From: Psilocybe cubensis
Taxonomy: Eukaryota
Assembly: GCA_017499595.2 (NCBI GenBank)
Contig: CM038999.1
Location: 4,092,001 to 4,156,000 of the forward strand
Length of the DNA: 64,000 bases
Direction of reading: 5' to 3'
Below are positions 60,990 to 64,000 of this stretch, one piece after another; within the stretch, counting starts at the first letter, position 1; every line of letters starts with the position of its first letter. The notes beneath the pieces are model-generated. The model ran no database searches and was not told where the DNA came from. It worked only from the letters and a program-made list of their open reading frames with translations. The translations under genes and the position numbers were made by a program.

Positions 60990-62895
60990 TCAAGCGGGAA
61001 CTGATGCGGTATCTACTGCCTGCGGCGACTGTCGCCTTATTTCTGCTCCTTTTATGTTGCCCAACTGAGCCAATTCAAACAAAGATTTACTATGAGCTGA
61101 CGTCGCTGCGTCACTGATGTCTTGCGAAAGTTTGTTGGCTGTTGGTGGAGATCTAGTGCGTGCCCATTCTACCCCAACAACGCTGGCAGACAATTGCCAC
61201 TCGGATTGCATCTTCTCACGACGATTGAATGAGGCAAGAAGGCTACTTGTATATGCTGCAAATAATGGTATTTTGGCATACATAAGCAGATCAAGACATA
61301 TTGTGAAGAAAAAATGATACACTCACTGTTGGTGAGTACATAGAACGAAATCATGAAAATCACGGTATCCTTGACGGCTGCCTTCTAAACAAAATGGTAA
61401 AAACATTTATCACAGACATGGATCCGAAGCTCTTCCATTTCTTACCAGAATTAATGTGGTTGCGGCCAGCATACTTGTCAAAAGCCCTGTTGTTCCAGTA
61501 TAGATTATCAATGTCTTAACCAGGGAGTTTGTCCTGATACAAAAGGTCAGCCAGAATGAGAAATATTCATACATATTCTGCCAACCGTGCTAGGTGTGAA
61601 CGTCCTCTCCAGAGGAGAAAGCATAAGGAACCCGCAATTATGGAGTCCGCTACAAATATACCGAGAAAAATGATATAATACGGAATCTGTAGTAAAGGTA
61701 AAGAATTAGTAAAGACACTGATGAATAACCATCTTATGATTTACATCTTTTTCGACGTCTTGAAGAACAGTATCTCGACCTCTTAAGAGAAATTAGTGGT
61801 AAAAATAGCATTACTTTATATTTTAAAGCCCTGGCCACTGACAAAGTAGAAATAACATCTGTGGGTACCAGCGTGGTAAGTCAGTGTATTCACGTTGCCA
61901 ATGTGATACGTACAAAGGTTTCCTATTAGTGATCCAGCACTAGCAAAAACCTCATGAATTAACAGTAAGTTTTTGTTATTCTGACACGTATGAACCTGAT
62001 CCTACCGAGGCCAGTGTCAATACCATGTTTTTCTGACTGACTATTATGACATATTTAATGAACTTCTGAAGAATAAGTGTGTGGTGTACGCACGTCTCCA
62101 AATTTTATAAATATACAGTCTAAAAACCTCAGGTCAATGCAAGATTCTTCTTTCATTAGAAATTGAATTGTACCCCCTAATTATGGAGTCGTTTGCTGTC
62201 TGAATGATTCCAGAGTACATAAGACTACAGTGATAAATTTTGACAAAACAAGCGTACCCATGAAAAGTATAAAAGCTGTAGCAGAGAGTTTTCATCACTG
62301 ATGGAGTCGTACAAAATAGAATATTATACGCACCATGTACACTCTATTCCAGTTAAATGTCAATCTCTCAGGGAAAGAATACTCATGTCAATCTTGATAA
62401 AATCGCAAGCTTACCGAGGGAACCCTTCAATGAATAGACTGATAGGACTTGCCAGGCACTTTTCCAGCGTGTTAACAAAGCCAATCCCCGACAAAATGGC
62501 GGAAATGCTATTCAGAACCCTGTTGAATTCGTATTTAAGTAATACGACAGAGCATAAATGAAGCAATTGGCCATGTACCAGATAGTTAGAATCTGAGGAA
62601 TGCATGTCACATATATTTAACTGATTTGTCCACATTCTTGGATTGGGATACGGTGAACCTACAGAGATGCGAGTAAAAGCATGATCCTTAGCATAATGCC
62701 CGAAGTAGGATATGGTTTGGTGGGTTGTTATCCCATACAACCTAGTAAATTCGGTGCAACAGGAATCTTGGATTGAACAATGGTAGAGACTGAATTGATA
62801 AATGCTTACAAAACCGATAGGTAGCATCCAACAAAGAGCCCTACGTAGGATTCATGAATCTTCTGAATAACTTCCGATGTTGTATTCTCTGCCAT
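60990..62895 (-). CDS. DUF6534-like multi-pass membrane protein, paralogue 3
   Basis: MAENTTSEV..LFVGCYLS/LYGITTHQTISYFGHYAKDHAFTRISV ... VADSIIAGSLCFLLW / TNSLVKTLIIYTGTTGLLT / YTSSLLASFNRR. Confidence 0.8.
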
Positions 62896-64000
62896 TGTTT
62901 ACGTCAGAAGATCATATAATTGACGGTCAGATAGAAAGGATTGTATCCTTCAATTATGAGTTCTAGATGTTTAAGAGGAGAAACCTGGAAGGTCTATCGT
63001 CTACCGTTCACTTGGAGACGCAGGTCAGAAATGATGTTTAAAGTTCATCAAAGAACCTTAATACGCTAGAAGCACACCTGCATTTCCGCCGCGACACATA
63101 AAGAACTGATGTATACATCGGTAGCAACTAGGCCCAGTTTTCTGATCAACAAGTGACATGGCTAGAAACATATATTCAAAAGACGTGAGACTGCAGCATG
63201 TATATTTCAGCGGAGATCAAATGATGCACCACATCGCACCACTTTGTCTGATCAACAGATAGCAATGAAAGCTAACTTAGGTCGAAGCATAGAAAAAGCA
63301 ACCGCGCCCTAGCGAGATAGAATAGTTCCAACAGGTGCATGAAGTCAAAAGGGATAGAGCAGTGGTTGATATCTTCGAATTTGGAATAGTACGTAGCCGA
63401 GGCGTTACTAGAATAGGTCACAGATCAACCCCTACATATCGAAGGACTTGGGAGAGCCACGATATATCACAAGAACCGCATATATACACGGTTCTCGCGT
63501 GATTGAGCGGTGATTGAGACTTCCGAAATATGGAGAGGGTGAAATCAGATCATTGGCGGGGTGCAATATACGATTGGACGGTCATGAATCAGGATAAAGT
63601 GAGGATTTGTCGATGGGGGATGCTCATGGTCAGAATAGTACAGTACCATGACAGTGATGTCTAAACTTATGGGTTGATTTGCCAGGTTTCACAGGAAGCT
63701 GTACACAACAAAATCGAGTGACGCACTAATAAACTCCCACAAAGGCCCATGGCTCCAACATTCTGCCTCTCACTTCCTCCTCTTCCACCATCATCGAGCT
63801 CTCCAAGCCTTTTGAATGAGGCTCACATCAGCACTTAATCTTAGCATCGCCATTATTACTCTTCCCAGCCGTGTATCCATATGATGTCAAATGCGAAAAG
63901 GTGGTGCGAGGAGGGTCTTGAGTGCAAATTGTTGTTGTATGTGCTGCAATTTATCGAAGAGGGACAGTGGTTGGCGTTTCCAGTCCTTTATCACAGCAAT

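Noticed and set aside
63000-64000. Possible gene remnant at the window end
   Set aside because: No ORF of 60 aa or more and no recognisable motif.

Overview
Intron-rich fungal genomic DNA, most consistent with an agaricomycete mushroom (short GT-AG introns, an AA9 LPMO with CBM1, a CFEM protein, DUF6534-like membrane proteins, a fungal TET/JBP dioxygenase). It is an accessory region where secreted or cell-surface genes alternate with many DNA transposons. Six insertions have both terminal inverted repeats (TIRs) and target-site duplications (TSDs) readable by eye: two CAC...GTG elements with 3-bp TSDs, two 8-bp-TSD MITEs, and two GGGCA-ended ~2.2 kb elements with 9-bp TSDs and different cargo. 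A seventh has long TIRs but no visible TSD. Two CACTA/CMC-type transposases are present, one tail-to-tail with a TET/JBP gene that carries a CpG-dense 45-bp coding repeat. The most unusual structure is a ~5.7 kb palindromic locus (39.7-45.3 kb): two intact but clearly diverged head-to-head paralogues have nearly identical promoters and first exons and flank an inner hairpin. Exon boundaries and family assignments were made by eye and need confirmation.
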